Assembly: GCA_051362555.1 (NCBI GenBank) | Contig: CM120640.1 | Location: 12,028,001 to 12,092,000 of the forward strand | From: Lingula anatina | Taxonomy: Eukaryota; Animalia; Brachiopoda | DNA length: 64,000 bases | Direction: 5' to 3' | Part shown: positions 24,401-36,400 of the stretch, piece after piece | Position numbering within the stretch: the first letter of the stretch is position 1 | How the letters are laid out: each line of letters starts with the position of its first letter | Position numbers and translations under genes: made by a program | Notes under the pieces: model-generated | Databases searched by the model: none | The model's input: only the letters and a program-made list of their open reading frames with translations | What the model was told of the DNA's origin: nothing

Positions 24401-27400
24401 GGAAACTAAACAGCACATGCAAACAATACCATACCCTATCCTCAAGACAAATACTGTTCAAGAAATCATATCAAAATCTGGCATGGTGCTCCCTACTCGT
24501 GGGACATGCACCTTAATTTCTTTGAAAACTTTTTGCACATAATTTTTTCTTCAAACCGCCATTTTGTTCTTGACATTTTGACAAATACACATCTGATCTT
24601 TTTGGGAGTAAAAAAACTAACTAACCACAACATGATTATAATTAAAATAACTAAAACATGATGTATGATTGACTACAATATAACAAAATGTATTAAAGCA
24701 TGGTGGTAGCAAAGGATAATCATGCAAATTTTTATTTTCTTTTAATTTCTAAAATCACTCTCTATCCCCAAAAACTAATGCAAACAAATAAGTTATATAC
24801 ACTGTGAAAATAAGTCAAGTGTGTAAAACAAACTATGAACAGAGCTGAATGCATCTATCTTCCTGAAACTGCATGCATCACCCCATAATTTTTTTTTCTA
24901 AAGAGAGATGTAAGTTTTTTTTCTATACACCATGCAAAGCTACAAATAGATTGATAAGAGTTTTCCCCAAACCCCAAATCAAAGCCCAATGATGATGATT
25001 CTCAAATCACAACATAATATATCATGCAAATCAAAAAGTGGAAGCAGAAAGATCTGGATCATGTCTCAATATAATGAGTTTTGTATGAGTTTCTCACTTT
25101 CAGTTTTTCAAGTAACGTGAACTTGAGGGAGTCTAATAAATGCTTGACTCGCTCATGAACCAAAATGCAAAAGTTTAAGTTTGAGTATCTGTTTTGGGTT
25201 TTGTTGTTTAAATGTCTGCTGAAAAACCAATATTCAATGTTTTCAAACTCCTCTAATAATTTTAAATTGGTCTGTAACCCAAAAAGTTTACATCAATTAC
25301 CAAGTAATACAATAAATTAATGATAAAATATGGTATTGTGTCCATTTATTTCCACAAATGACACATGCATATATCAGACATGAGCCTAGGTTTCAAAAAG
25401 AAAAAAAAATTCTGAACATTTATCATGGAAGATCTTGATGAATCTCCGGAACCATCAGAATTGAATTTAAAAATGTGGAAAAAGCTCATGTCTGATATTT
25501 TAGGTTTTACATCAAGTTATTCCAAAAAGTGTTTTCTATTTACACATCTTTGTACATCAGATCTTGCTGCCTCCCACAACATTTAAGAAAAAAAAACTTA
25601 ATAAGTGAATCAAATAAAAGTGCATCAACAAATCAAAAGCTTACTAAATGGGTTAGTGTGGTATAGACCATCAAGCTGCGTACCTCCCGCAGGGTGAGCG
25701 GCACCGTACGCTGTTAGTTGAGTGGCTCCGAAACCAGGTACAGCTGTCGCAAATGGTGATGCCAGAACACTTGGGGTACCTTGTGACACATATGAGATGA
25801 GATATGTCATGCTATTGGTCAATCACAGTGGCGGAGGAGGAGGAACAGAAAATGAGTGACAGAACAGGTCACAGATTTAGACAAGAGTGGAGTGCCTCCG
25901 TTCAGTCACAGGTTTTTTTTTTTTTTTTTTTTAGATTTTGACTGTCCAATTAATACAGGTCACCCTTTCATCTCAATAAATTTAGCTTGAAATTCCCTAA
26001 ATTTCAGAATGCATGACATATTTTCCTTTTCCCCACCCCACCCCTTTCTTTTTCTTTTTGAACAAAATGGCAGATATGAATAAAAGTTAAGGATAGGGAA
26101 TAAAAGCGAACACAGCTTGAAGCAAGGTCAAAGACAAGTACTGACAGACAGACAGACAGCAGACATCACAAAGCTAAAGACTGAAATACAAAGTGAATAT
26201 CCACAGGGTGAAACTTTTTATTTTAGCAAAACATCCATGTAGAAAATGGAGGTCTCTCCTGCAGCTGACAAACAAAGCAGCTCTTAACTAACCTAAAGCA
26301 TAATCATTAACAGAAGTTCACCCTGTGATAATTGTAGGAAGAACAGAATTATCAGTGCCATGTATAAGTGACCATAGTTGGTCAGCAATCCATATTCTTA
26401 AAAGGCTATCTTGTAAGTTCCCCTTATATCATAAAATGTGGCCTGACATTTTGAGACTACTACCAGACTTTATGGAGGCAGATGTTGAAACTTGCCCAAA
26501 GAAGGCAAGAGGGAAAGCGAACAAATGTGTCATGATGATACACCCAACACAAAATTCTTCAAAAAAACTCAATTGTTTCCTTGTTCTACTTCGTTAATGT
26601 ATACAAAACCAAACAACCAATTCATCTAATAAAACAAATTACTGCAAAAAATAATTAATTCTAAAATACAGAAGTGTTACCTTGACACAAGTTACTGAAA
26701 AAACATACTTTTTAGCGTGCATTGAGTGCATAAAAATAATTAGACCAGAAAGAATGTGTTCAGTGCATAACAAGACTACATATCTACCCAGAGCAAAGGC
26801 GGCTGCTCCATGATCCATGGGATGATGGTGTGCAATGGAATCCCCGGTTGGGAGACTGGGGTTGGTGTAATCTCTGCTCTTTTCATTATTATACTTGACA
26901 TTAAGGCTGGACAGCTTGGAGAAGTCTATGCGCAGAGAGTTGCACCCTGTATAGATATTCTGCCCATCAAGTGACTAATTAAAGGGAAAAAAAATAAAAT
27001 TTCATATAATTTTTCTAGTCAGGTTTACAATTGACTAAGTACACACTACTTTGAAAACTGCATTCATCATATTTTCTTTTATCTCCAATTTCTTGTAAAA
27101 GATGTTTAAACTTAAATACCAAGGTAAAAACATTAAAAATAATCAAAAAACAAAACACTTAATTTTGGTAGCATAAGCTGTTATTCAAATAAACTCTATC
27201 AGATAAAATTATTGTAGCTCCCAGACTAGCGGCACTGCCAATCACTTTGCACATAAGTGCTATGACAACTGAAAATTAAACAACTACAATAGACATATCT
27301 GATAGCAATTCATAGGAGTCGGGTGTCTTGCTTTCATACTCTGATAGCACAATATCATAGCAGTTGGGTTAATCAGAGAGGCAAGTATCATATGATCTGC

Positions 27401-30400
27401 AAAATTGGAGCCATTTATTGTATGACTGGCTGCAAATAAAGCTCAATGCCATCTTCATTTACCCCAGAGCACAGATGTTAAGATGTTCAAATCTCAAATC
27501 ACTCATTTCCTCATTAGTTTCAATTTACTGCACCACAAAGGGAAACTTCAATCTCAGTGGGTTCACTTTTAGAAATCTTTAAACCCTACAGAGGCCTTGT
27601 CAGTCTCTGCTGGAACTGAAGTTAATCACAAACTCTGTAGAAATTCTTTACATTTGTGAACCCAAATTTCTGTCTCTCAGGCCAAGATATCAGTGGCCTC
27701 ATCTGTCCTTCGTTAGTACTAGCAGATACCAGTATGAAAGTATCCTGAATGTCACCATTGTGACATTGTGTTGGTGGAGACTCGACAATGTAAGGGCTGC
27801 CTAATTACCATTTTTGCACATTTAACAGGTTTTACATGTCAGCAATTTTTGGCACAACCCAACAACATTCATTAAATCATACCAATATATTTTTTTTGTT
27901 TTGTTTTTTGGCACATACAAACAGGTTCCAGGGCTCTGCAGGCAATGAGACTGGGTGTACTTTTGGTCTAGAAATAGTCCTTCACCTGAGATGAATTAAT
28001 GCCAACAGTGTCTTGTTTATTTTAGAGCATCTTAGATACAACCACACAGCATTATATTCAACTGCTAGATTGAGGGGTAAAAATTATACTGAAGGTTTAG
28101 TAACTGTATATCTTCCAAATAAGGGCAACAGTCTTAAAAATCTAGTCTATCAAAATATTTGAGGACTAATTTGTGGCAGGCTTTGTCTAACTTGACAGTC
28201 AATGATGTCTCAATGCATTTGTTCCATCATTAACCACAATGTGAAAACTAGACACAAACTCAAATAAGGTAGCTCTCATATTGAAAATTGTGAGACATGA
28301 AACTTTATACATAACTATGTGCCACACAAAATATATATGTACAGTTATGCGGACTATCAGTGGGTTAAACTGAAAATTGTTAGACATGCAGATCATCGGT
28401 AATGCTCATAATCTGGCAGCAGTTGGGCAGACCTGAATGTGCTGTTGGAGATAACTGTAACAATGTTTTGATTGAAAAAAGCATCGCTCATGTGTTGTTA
28501 TGTGCCTCAATTAGGCTATTACCACCATGTGGTTCATCGGCAAATGGAACCCGATTCACATATACTTACCAGTTTGCCAGCTTGTGCAGCTACTGGATCT
28601 GCCATCTGTATTAAGGCCTGGAATGAATCTGAAAGGAGAAAAACAAGTGTCACAAAGACTAACAAGTAAAATGGGGAAAAGGAGAATTGGGAAGGGAGTA
28701 ATAATGAAAGTCAGCAAATGGTTTAATTTTCAAAATAAAAAATCATTAAAAATGTTTTGGAGGATTTTTCATTTAAGAATCATTTATGACTTAATTGTGC
28801 TATTTTTATTCTTTATGATACAGACTGTCAGTCTGAAGACCTTTTTGTCCCTTGTGGTTAACAGTAATGCTGCACCACTAAGTGCTCTACTCTATCTGGA
28901 TTTATCTCCGGCATGATGATCAGTTAAGCCTTAAATGGATATTCTTTTAATGTGAACTGAAGCAAAAGAACAACTGACTTAAAAGCTTCCTATAAGGCCT
29001 CCCTTGATCTGAACACATGGGCCCAGCGCCAGTGTCACCAGCATGCCCAGAATATGGGCAATGACGAAGGGGAGCCCATTATACATGCATGCATAAACGT
29101 TTATGCATGCATGCATTATTGCATACAATACGCCAATTGGTGGAAACATTCTAATCCACTAATTCTTGAAAATCAAAAATCAATAATACATGCTGTCACT
29201 GCATTGGAACACAGCTGATTAATGTTACAGTTGGCTGCACTAAGTTCGCAATTATATGGCATTATAATGGTCACAGCAGTTTGTTCTATACAAGTTGATG
29301 TGTCACATACACAGACTAGATATCTACATGCTGCCAGGGCCATTACTAAGTAACAGGCAGATGTGAAATGGGATTAATCTGAGTTATCACATTTCAACAA
29401 TTAAGCAAGCAAGCAAACCTATGAGATTAGAGACCAATTTCGATTTCACCTCAGCTGGCAACTTCAATACAAACAGTAGTATTTCATACTGAGAATCTTT
29501 CTTCTGAATGGCCTTTTTTATTACTCATACTATTATTGTATAGTAAATTTAAATTCATATTTCATTTCATTCCTTCATTTATAATTCTTTGAAATAAAAG
29601 CACTTCAGTGGGTTAAAGACCCTCACACCCACTGTCTGATATCATGAGCTAGCAATGCTTTATCTGGTGATTATTCTTTTGAATATCTAGGAGGGAATTC
29701 TCTTTGGAAAAAAAACAGCAATTATAGTGAATGTATATTTCAGCATGCCTCGTGCCTCGTACTTATCCAATTTTGTCAGGGCTCTTGATCGAATGACACA
29801 GCAGATTCTGGTGCCATTATTCTGGTGGCCACCTTATCACTACAGCAACAGCTGTGATGGTAGGTCAACACTTCCATTAAAGTTTCAGGAAACCCATTTG
29901 TTCCAAGTGATAGGCATATTGAATCAGTGCATGCCTGACGACCTAGGCATTGACTGGACACATTAGCTGGAGACAGAATCATCTGTCACTCACTCACTCA
30001 CTGATGCATTGCCAGGATTCAGTTTGCTCATCTACGTTTTTGTTCTATAAACATATGTTTATGATGCTGCTATTTGCCAAACCTGTTAGCTCCCCAAAAC
30101 CCTCTGCATGCAGTACATCACTGTATTTTTTTCTACAAACATACAAGAGGGAACAGCTGGACTTCCTCCCTTCTTTTGCTTTTTTGCCATACTCAAAACA
30201 TGCTGGTTACAAGCTAGCAGAGAGGCTGCATAAACCTTTAGATCCAGGTTGTACTGGTTGTTAATCATAAAAGGGAGTGGCTGAGTGTTCACAATTTAAT
30301 ATGAACATATATGTCCCAATGACAAAATGTAAACTCTTTCAGGTTTCTATGAAATCTGCCACCATCTCTGACAACAGATTAGATACCCTGTCCTTCAGGC

Positions 30401-33400
30401 ATACTGTAGATGTTTACTTACTGTTTTTTGTAAATGTGATGATCTTTAAAACAGTTCCAAATTTTGTAAAGATCTGGAAAGTGGAACATGGAGAAATCAA
30501 CTGTCTGTCATGGAATAATATGAAAATGAAGATTTTCAGAAAATTTTTAGATTCAACTCACAAGTTGCAAAATATTTATCAATCAATAGCTTTTAAGAAA
30601 TTATTTTTTAAATAAATAAATAAATAAAATTGGCAATATCAATAGATGAATTAATAATTCAGTAGTTGTAATAATGACAATTCCACATTAAGGACATGGT
30701 ATTGTTAAGCTAGAAGTGTCCTCCTACCTGGTAGAGAACTTCTATTGTAACTGGGTAGATCATATTTTCTACAATGACCCTCAGAACTGTCTTCTGTCCC
30801 TCCCCCTGGACACTGTCTGCCGCCTGTAATGCTGCCTGGGCTGCAGGATTCTGAAAGAAACACCAGTCATATTTTAATACTTCTATACAGTGCAAAAAGA
30901 GGGAAATGTGCAGTAAAAAAATTGGTGCAGCACAAGAATATGCAAAAAACATCATAATCACCATGAAACATTTGCTTTGCATTGAAATTGAGGATCTCTC
31001 CCTCTCTCTCATCCCCACTACGAATTAAATAATTCAAATATTTTTTTGGACTAGTGCCATCATTTTCAAAGGGCAACAGCTTGCAGATAAACCATAGTTA
31101 TACATAATACATCTTTATAAAGATGGAGGTGCCAATTAAAATGCAATTTAGGACTGACAATTTCTCTTCACATGCTTTTTTGTGAATAAAATTACCCTAA
31201 TTACTATTTCTGGATTACTTTTTTCACAGCAATTTTATATTATTATAGCAAATTTACTTTTAAAAGCTTTTTGTTCCAGATTAAAGTACAGAGCAATGAG
31301 GAACATTGTATTAAATTTTATTAAAGAATTTAGATCTGCCTTCGAAATCCTGCAGCCAAAATATTAACTCTGCATCCGAATCCAAGCTTCAGTTAAATGT
31401 TGGACACTTTAATTTATCAAACCAACACTTCAATCAATTCAAACAATGGTACGAAATCCTATGCCATTAAGTGAAAGTATGTTGTCTTTTAGTTCATCAT
31501 AGAATTCATGACTCTAACTTCAATACATCAAAAGACACCAATACCCTGGATCAACTATATAACCTCAAGTGCTGAAATTTGCCACAACCACTGCATAAGG
31601 GCCCTTTCTATGTATAAGGTAAAAACAACAAGATTTCTATCTAAAACCATTTTTTTTTCCAAATTACAAATGGGTTTTAGCAGCGTCAAAGTAACTTAAA
31701 CAACATCACAACAGATAAAAAAGAATTCAAAATGAACCATCCACTTCACCATAGAAATATAATGTACAAAGAGCATGTGTGATATCTGAATCATTCTATA
31801 CAAATAATCATCAACCAATTTCCTGTAAAAATTGTCTGCTCTTGTAATTCAAACACATGGATACATTATGACAAGTGACCCATGTAGAATGAGCAGGATG
31901 GCAATATCTACTACCTAATGGCAACAAGAACTCAATCTTCTACGGTTGCATAGTGAAAAATATCTGCATATGTTTTATGTGGCTTTGGGGTCTATTGATC
32001 AATTTTAATAGCCAAGATGCCTCAACATTAACAGTTTTTGTCATACTGGAAAGCCCATATTTTCCTTCAATTTTCTTGCAAATCTACAGCAAGATTTTAT
32101 TACTTTACAGAAACTAAGTCTTATAGCATTCTGTACTAACAACTTGTTCTATCTTCTCTATTCATAACCTCCCTGTTGAAAACATTTTAATTGTGGTTGA
32201 GCAACCTCTAATCTTCATTAAGCAGAAAGAAACAAGCTATCACTAGCCAAGTCAAATCGGCATGCACATAGATGTTTTTAAGCCACGACTACACCAAGCA
32301 CTCAAATGTCAACATTCAGGGAAGGGTCTTTTTCAAATAATCTTTTGTCTCATTTCACTGATATAAATCACTTATCTGTTGGGTAAACAGATGGTGATAT
32401 ATCATATACACACACACTTTTACAAACACAAAAATATTGCTCAATACACTTTGTCAAATATATTTGATGTCTTATTATAGCTAAGTGTCCATCACTTATG
32501 CTTCTGTGGCAACAGCAGATTTTTTTTTTTCTTCCCAAAATGTGCTTATCATTTCTACATGAGGGCTAACCACTGTTGACAAGCATGGCAATAAAAGATA
32601 TGTTTTAACAGGTTAATTTTCAACTTCACTGGCTTTTAATAGGATCAGCATCTCACTCCTCAACTGCCTTGTGGGTGAAACTAGATGTCAAATAAAATAA
32701 GAACTTTTAGTATTCTGAATTAGCAAAGTTACCCATAAAATCACAACTAGAGGATCAGAGAGGCGATACCGCCTCCGAATATTGTACCACCAGCTGGAGC
32801 AAGCGCATTCGTATAGACCCCCACATCCGCAAAATAAGGGACACAGCCACTAGTCTTATGCTTGACAAGCTGTAAAATGCAATCAACAAGAATTTTCAAA
32901 ATACGCAAAAAATATATATAACTTAAAATGGTACAATCAAAGTTTAGTTCATTGTAAGGTAGGTCAAAGGTCAATTTCAAGGTCACAGTAAATTTCCAGT
33001 ATATGACTTCCTATTCAACTTCAATAGTAACTATGGACCTATCTCTGCCAGGTTTGGAGTTAAAAGAGAAAGAAATTAGCAGAGTTCAGTTCATGATTAT
33101 AAGTAGGTCAAAGGTCAATTTCAAGGTCACACTTAGATTGCCAGTATATGACTTCCCATTCAAGTTCAATAGTAACTATGGACCTATCTCATTAGTTTTG
33201 GAAATAAAAGGGAACCAAAATTTGCAAAGTTCAATTCATGATAAAAAGTAGGTCAAAGGTCAATTTCAAGGTCACATTTAGATTGCCAGTATATGACTTC
33301 CTATTCAAGTTCAATAGTAACTATGGACCTATCTCTGCCAGTTTTGGAGATAAAAGGGAACCAAAATTTGCAAAGTTCAATTCATGATAAAAAGTAGGTC

Positions 33401-36400
33401 AAAGGTCAATTTCAAGGTCACATTTAGATTGCCAGTATATGACTTCCTATTCAACTTCAATAGTAACTATGGACCTATCTCTGCCAGGTTTGGAGTTAAA
33501 TGAGAAAGAAATTAGCAGAGTTCAGTTCATGGTGAAAAGTAGGTCAAAGGTCAATTTCAAGGTCACATTTAGATTGCCAGTATATGACTTCCTATTCAAC
33601 TTCAATAGTAACTATAGACCTATCTCTGCTAGTTTTGGAGATAAAAGGGAAGCAAAATTTCCAAAGTTCAGTTCATGGTGAAAAGTAGGTCAAAGGTCAA
33701 TTTCAAGGTCACATTTAGATTGCCAGTATATGACTTCATATTCAAGTTCAATAGAAACTATGGACCTATCTCTGCCAGTTTTGGAGATAAAAGGGAGGCA
33801 AAATTTGCAAAGTTCAGTTCATGGTGAAAAGTAGGTCAAAGCTCAATTTCAAGGTCACAGTAAGATTGCCAGTATATGACTTCCTATTCAAGTTCAATAG
33901 TAACTATGGACCTATCTCTGCCAGTTTTGGAGATAAAAGGGAACCAAAATTTGCAAAGTTCAATTCATGATAAAAAGTAGGTCAAAGGTCAATTTCAAGG
34001 TCACATTTCGATTGCCAGTATATGACTTCCTATTCAACTTCAATAGTAACTATGGACCTATCTCTGCCAGGTTTGGAGTTAAAAGAGAAAGAAATTAGCA
34101 GAGTTCAGTTCATGGTGAAAAGTAGGTCAAAGGTCAATTTCAAGGTCACATTTAGATTGCCAGTATATGACTTTCTATTCAATTTCAATAGTAACTATGG
34201 ACCTATCTCTGCCAGTTTTGGAGATAAAAGGGAGGCAAAATTTGCAAAGTTCAGTTCATGGTGAAAAGTAGGTCAAAGGTCAATTTCAAGGTCACAGTAA
34301 GATTGCCAGTACATGACTTCCTATTCAACTTCAATAGTAACTATGGACTTATCTCTGCCAGTTTTGGAGATATAAGGGACTAAATGTTATAATTTTGGAG
34401 TTACCATAATGTGCAATAAATTTCCTACGGAAAAATTTAATTAAAATAAAGAAAAGGTCATTTTGGTCAAAATTCTTGAAATGGGAGGTGCTCTGAAGTT
34501 CCAGATGTTCAAATATGATGAAATAATGTCATTTTTGACCACAAGTTGTCTGCTTTGCCAAGCCTTATGTTTTATTTTTCCGGAGTTCAAAATTTATTAT
34601 CCATTACCGTACTGCACATTTTGCTTTCACCACCAATATGTACTTTTTGATACAGCGTAACTCGAAAACCGTATGGAATACAAAAAAACGGAGACCACCT
34701 CCAGTGTTGGGCTTTACATGCTCTACAAAATGCAAAAAAGAATGGGTCTCTAGCATTAACGGTTCCCGAATTAGAGACAGTTTTCAGTTTCGGTATCTTA
34801 TGGCCGCTACACCCGTGAAAATGCACCGATTGACCCCAAATTCACACAGATGAAAGATGACCTGAAGGGTAACATTTTCCAATAATATTATTGGTTAAGT
34901 CTGTGTGGTGTCTGAATAACAGCGCAAATAAATTTTTTTTCGAAAAAAAATTCATTTTTTTGAAAATTTTTGCCCGTTTGACCTTGAAATAAAGGTCAAA
35001 GGTCAAATCCAAGGGCATATTTGAAATCTACACATATGACTTTTGGAAAGCCGTCTGTAGAAATTTTTCCCATAATTCCTTCCGTAGGGTAGATAATTAG
35101 CATTTAATTTTGCCATTTTTGGACAAGGGTGCATTGCAATGAGTGCCACACCTAGACCCCAATACCGACAAAGCCCAAATTTTACGTGGAACGAGTTGAG
35201 ATTATAGGTGACCTTAATCCAAGAGATGGGTATGGGGGCCCTTACCGTCTAGGAGGAGAAGCGGTAACGGTAACATGGCGGCGGAGCCGGCGGAGCCGGC
35301 GGAGCCGGCGGAGCCGCAGGAGCCGGCGGAGCCGGCGGAACGGACCGGACGGGACTAAAACCATGTGTACCGCCAGCGCTAACGCTGGTGGTACAATAAT
35401 GCTATTTTTTGAAATAAAGCATTATAAAACATCCATCTTAACATGAACAGGAATGTGTATATATCCAGCTTCACTTCTACAGAGATGCCTCAAAATATTT
35501 TCTGCCTCTGACTAGAACTCCATCAACAATTAATTGCCATTTCTACAAGTTTCGTCAGGTGGAAAAGCAGCAAGGTATGTGAGAGCTCATCTTTATGGAA
35601 TGACAAATATACCACACCCTTCACCTAGAAACTGCATAGATGGTGGCTATGAAGTATTATATAACAAATTTATCGGACTTCTAGCAGCCAGTCACCCCTT
35701 GGAGATACTGGAGTGATTACACACCTCTTACAGATAAGACAGGTGCAAAAGAAAACAAATCTTCACAGAAGATCTTAACACTGGGGGAAATTACTAGATT
35801 CCAGGAAATTCCATCCTCAGGTTTCCATTTCCTAGAGTAATGCGAGAGTAATGCATACCATTTCAAACTCGTCTTGAACTCATCTCCCAAATCCTGCCTG
35901 CAGTAATGGCACTTTATGTGATGGGAATGTTCAGCTGTAAAAACTGTTGTTTGTCGACTGTTGATTTATTTTTCTTTGGAAAAAAAGCTCACATCAAAGC
36001 TAGCCATGAATAAGAACACATGACCCCTAAACATAACAAAATAAATCATAAATAACAAGAAAGAATGCTTAAAAAAGTAAAGCTACAGCTCTCTCTCTTA
36101 AAATTCAAAAGTTTAGGTTTGACGTTCTTCTTTTGAAATAAAATGGAAAACGTGAAAAAAAGCAGATTCTGCTAAACATCCCTGGGTTCTTGAATTGCCT
36201 AATTTTGTTTCAATTAGTTCTCTTTCTCTCTTGCAAATCTACTAGCTCAAGCCTGATCTAGTAACTGTATTTGTTTGCCCAGTGAACCCTCCAGACATCC
36301 CTGTCAGCTATTATTAAAGCCACACAACTAATCCCATCTCGCACTCAGGTTCTAAATGAGCCCAATTGATAACCTACGTTTTCTATTAACCCTAACATAT

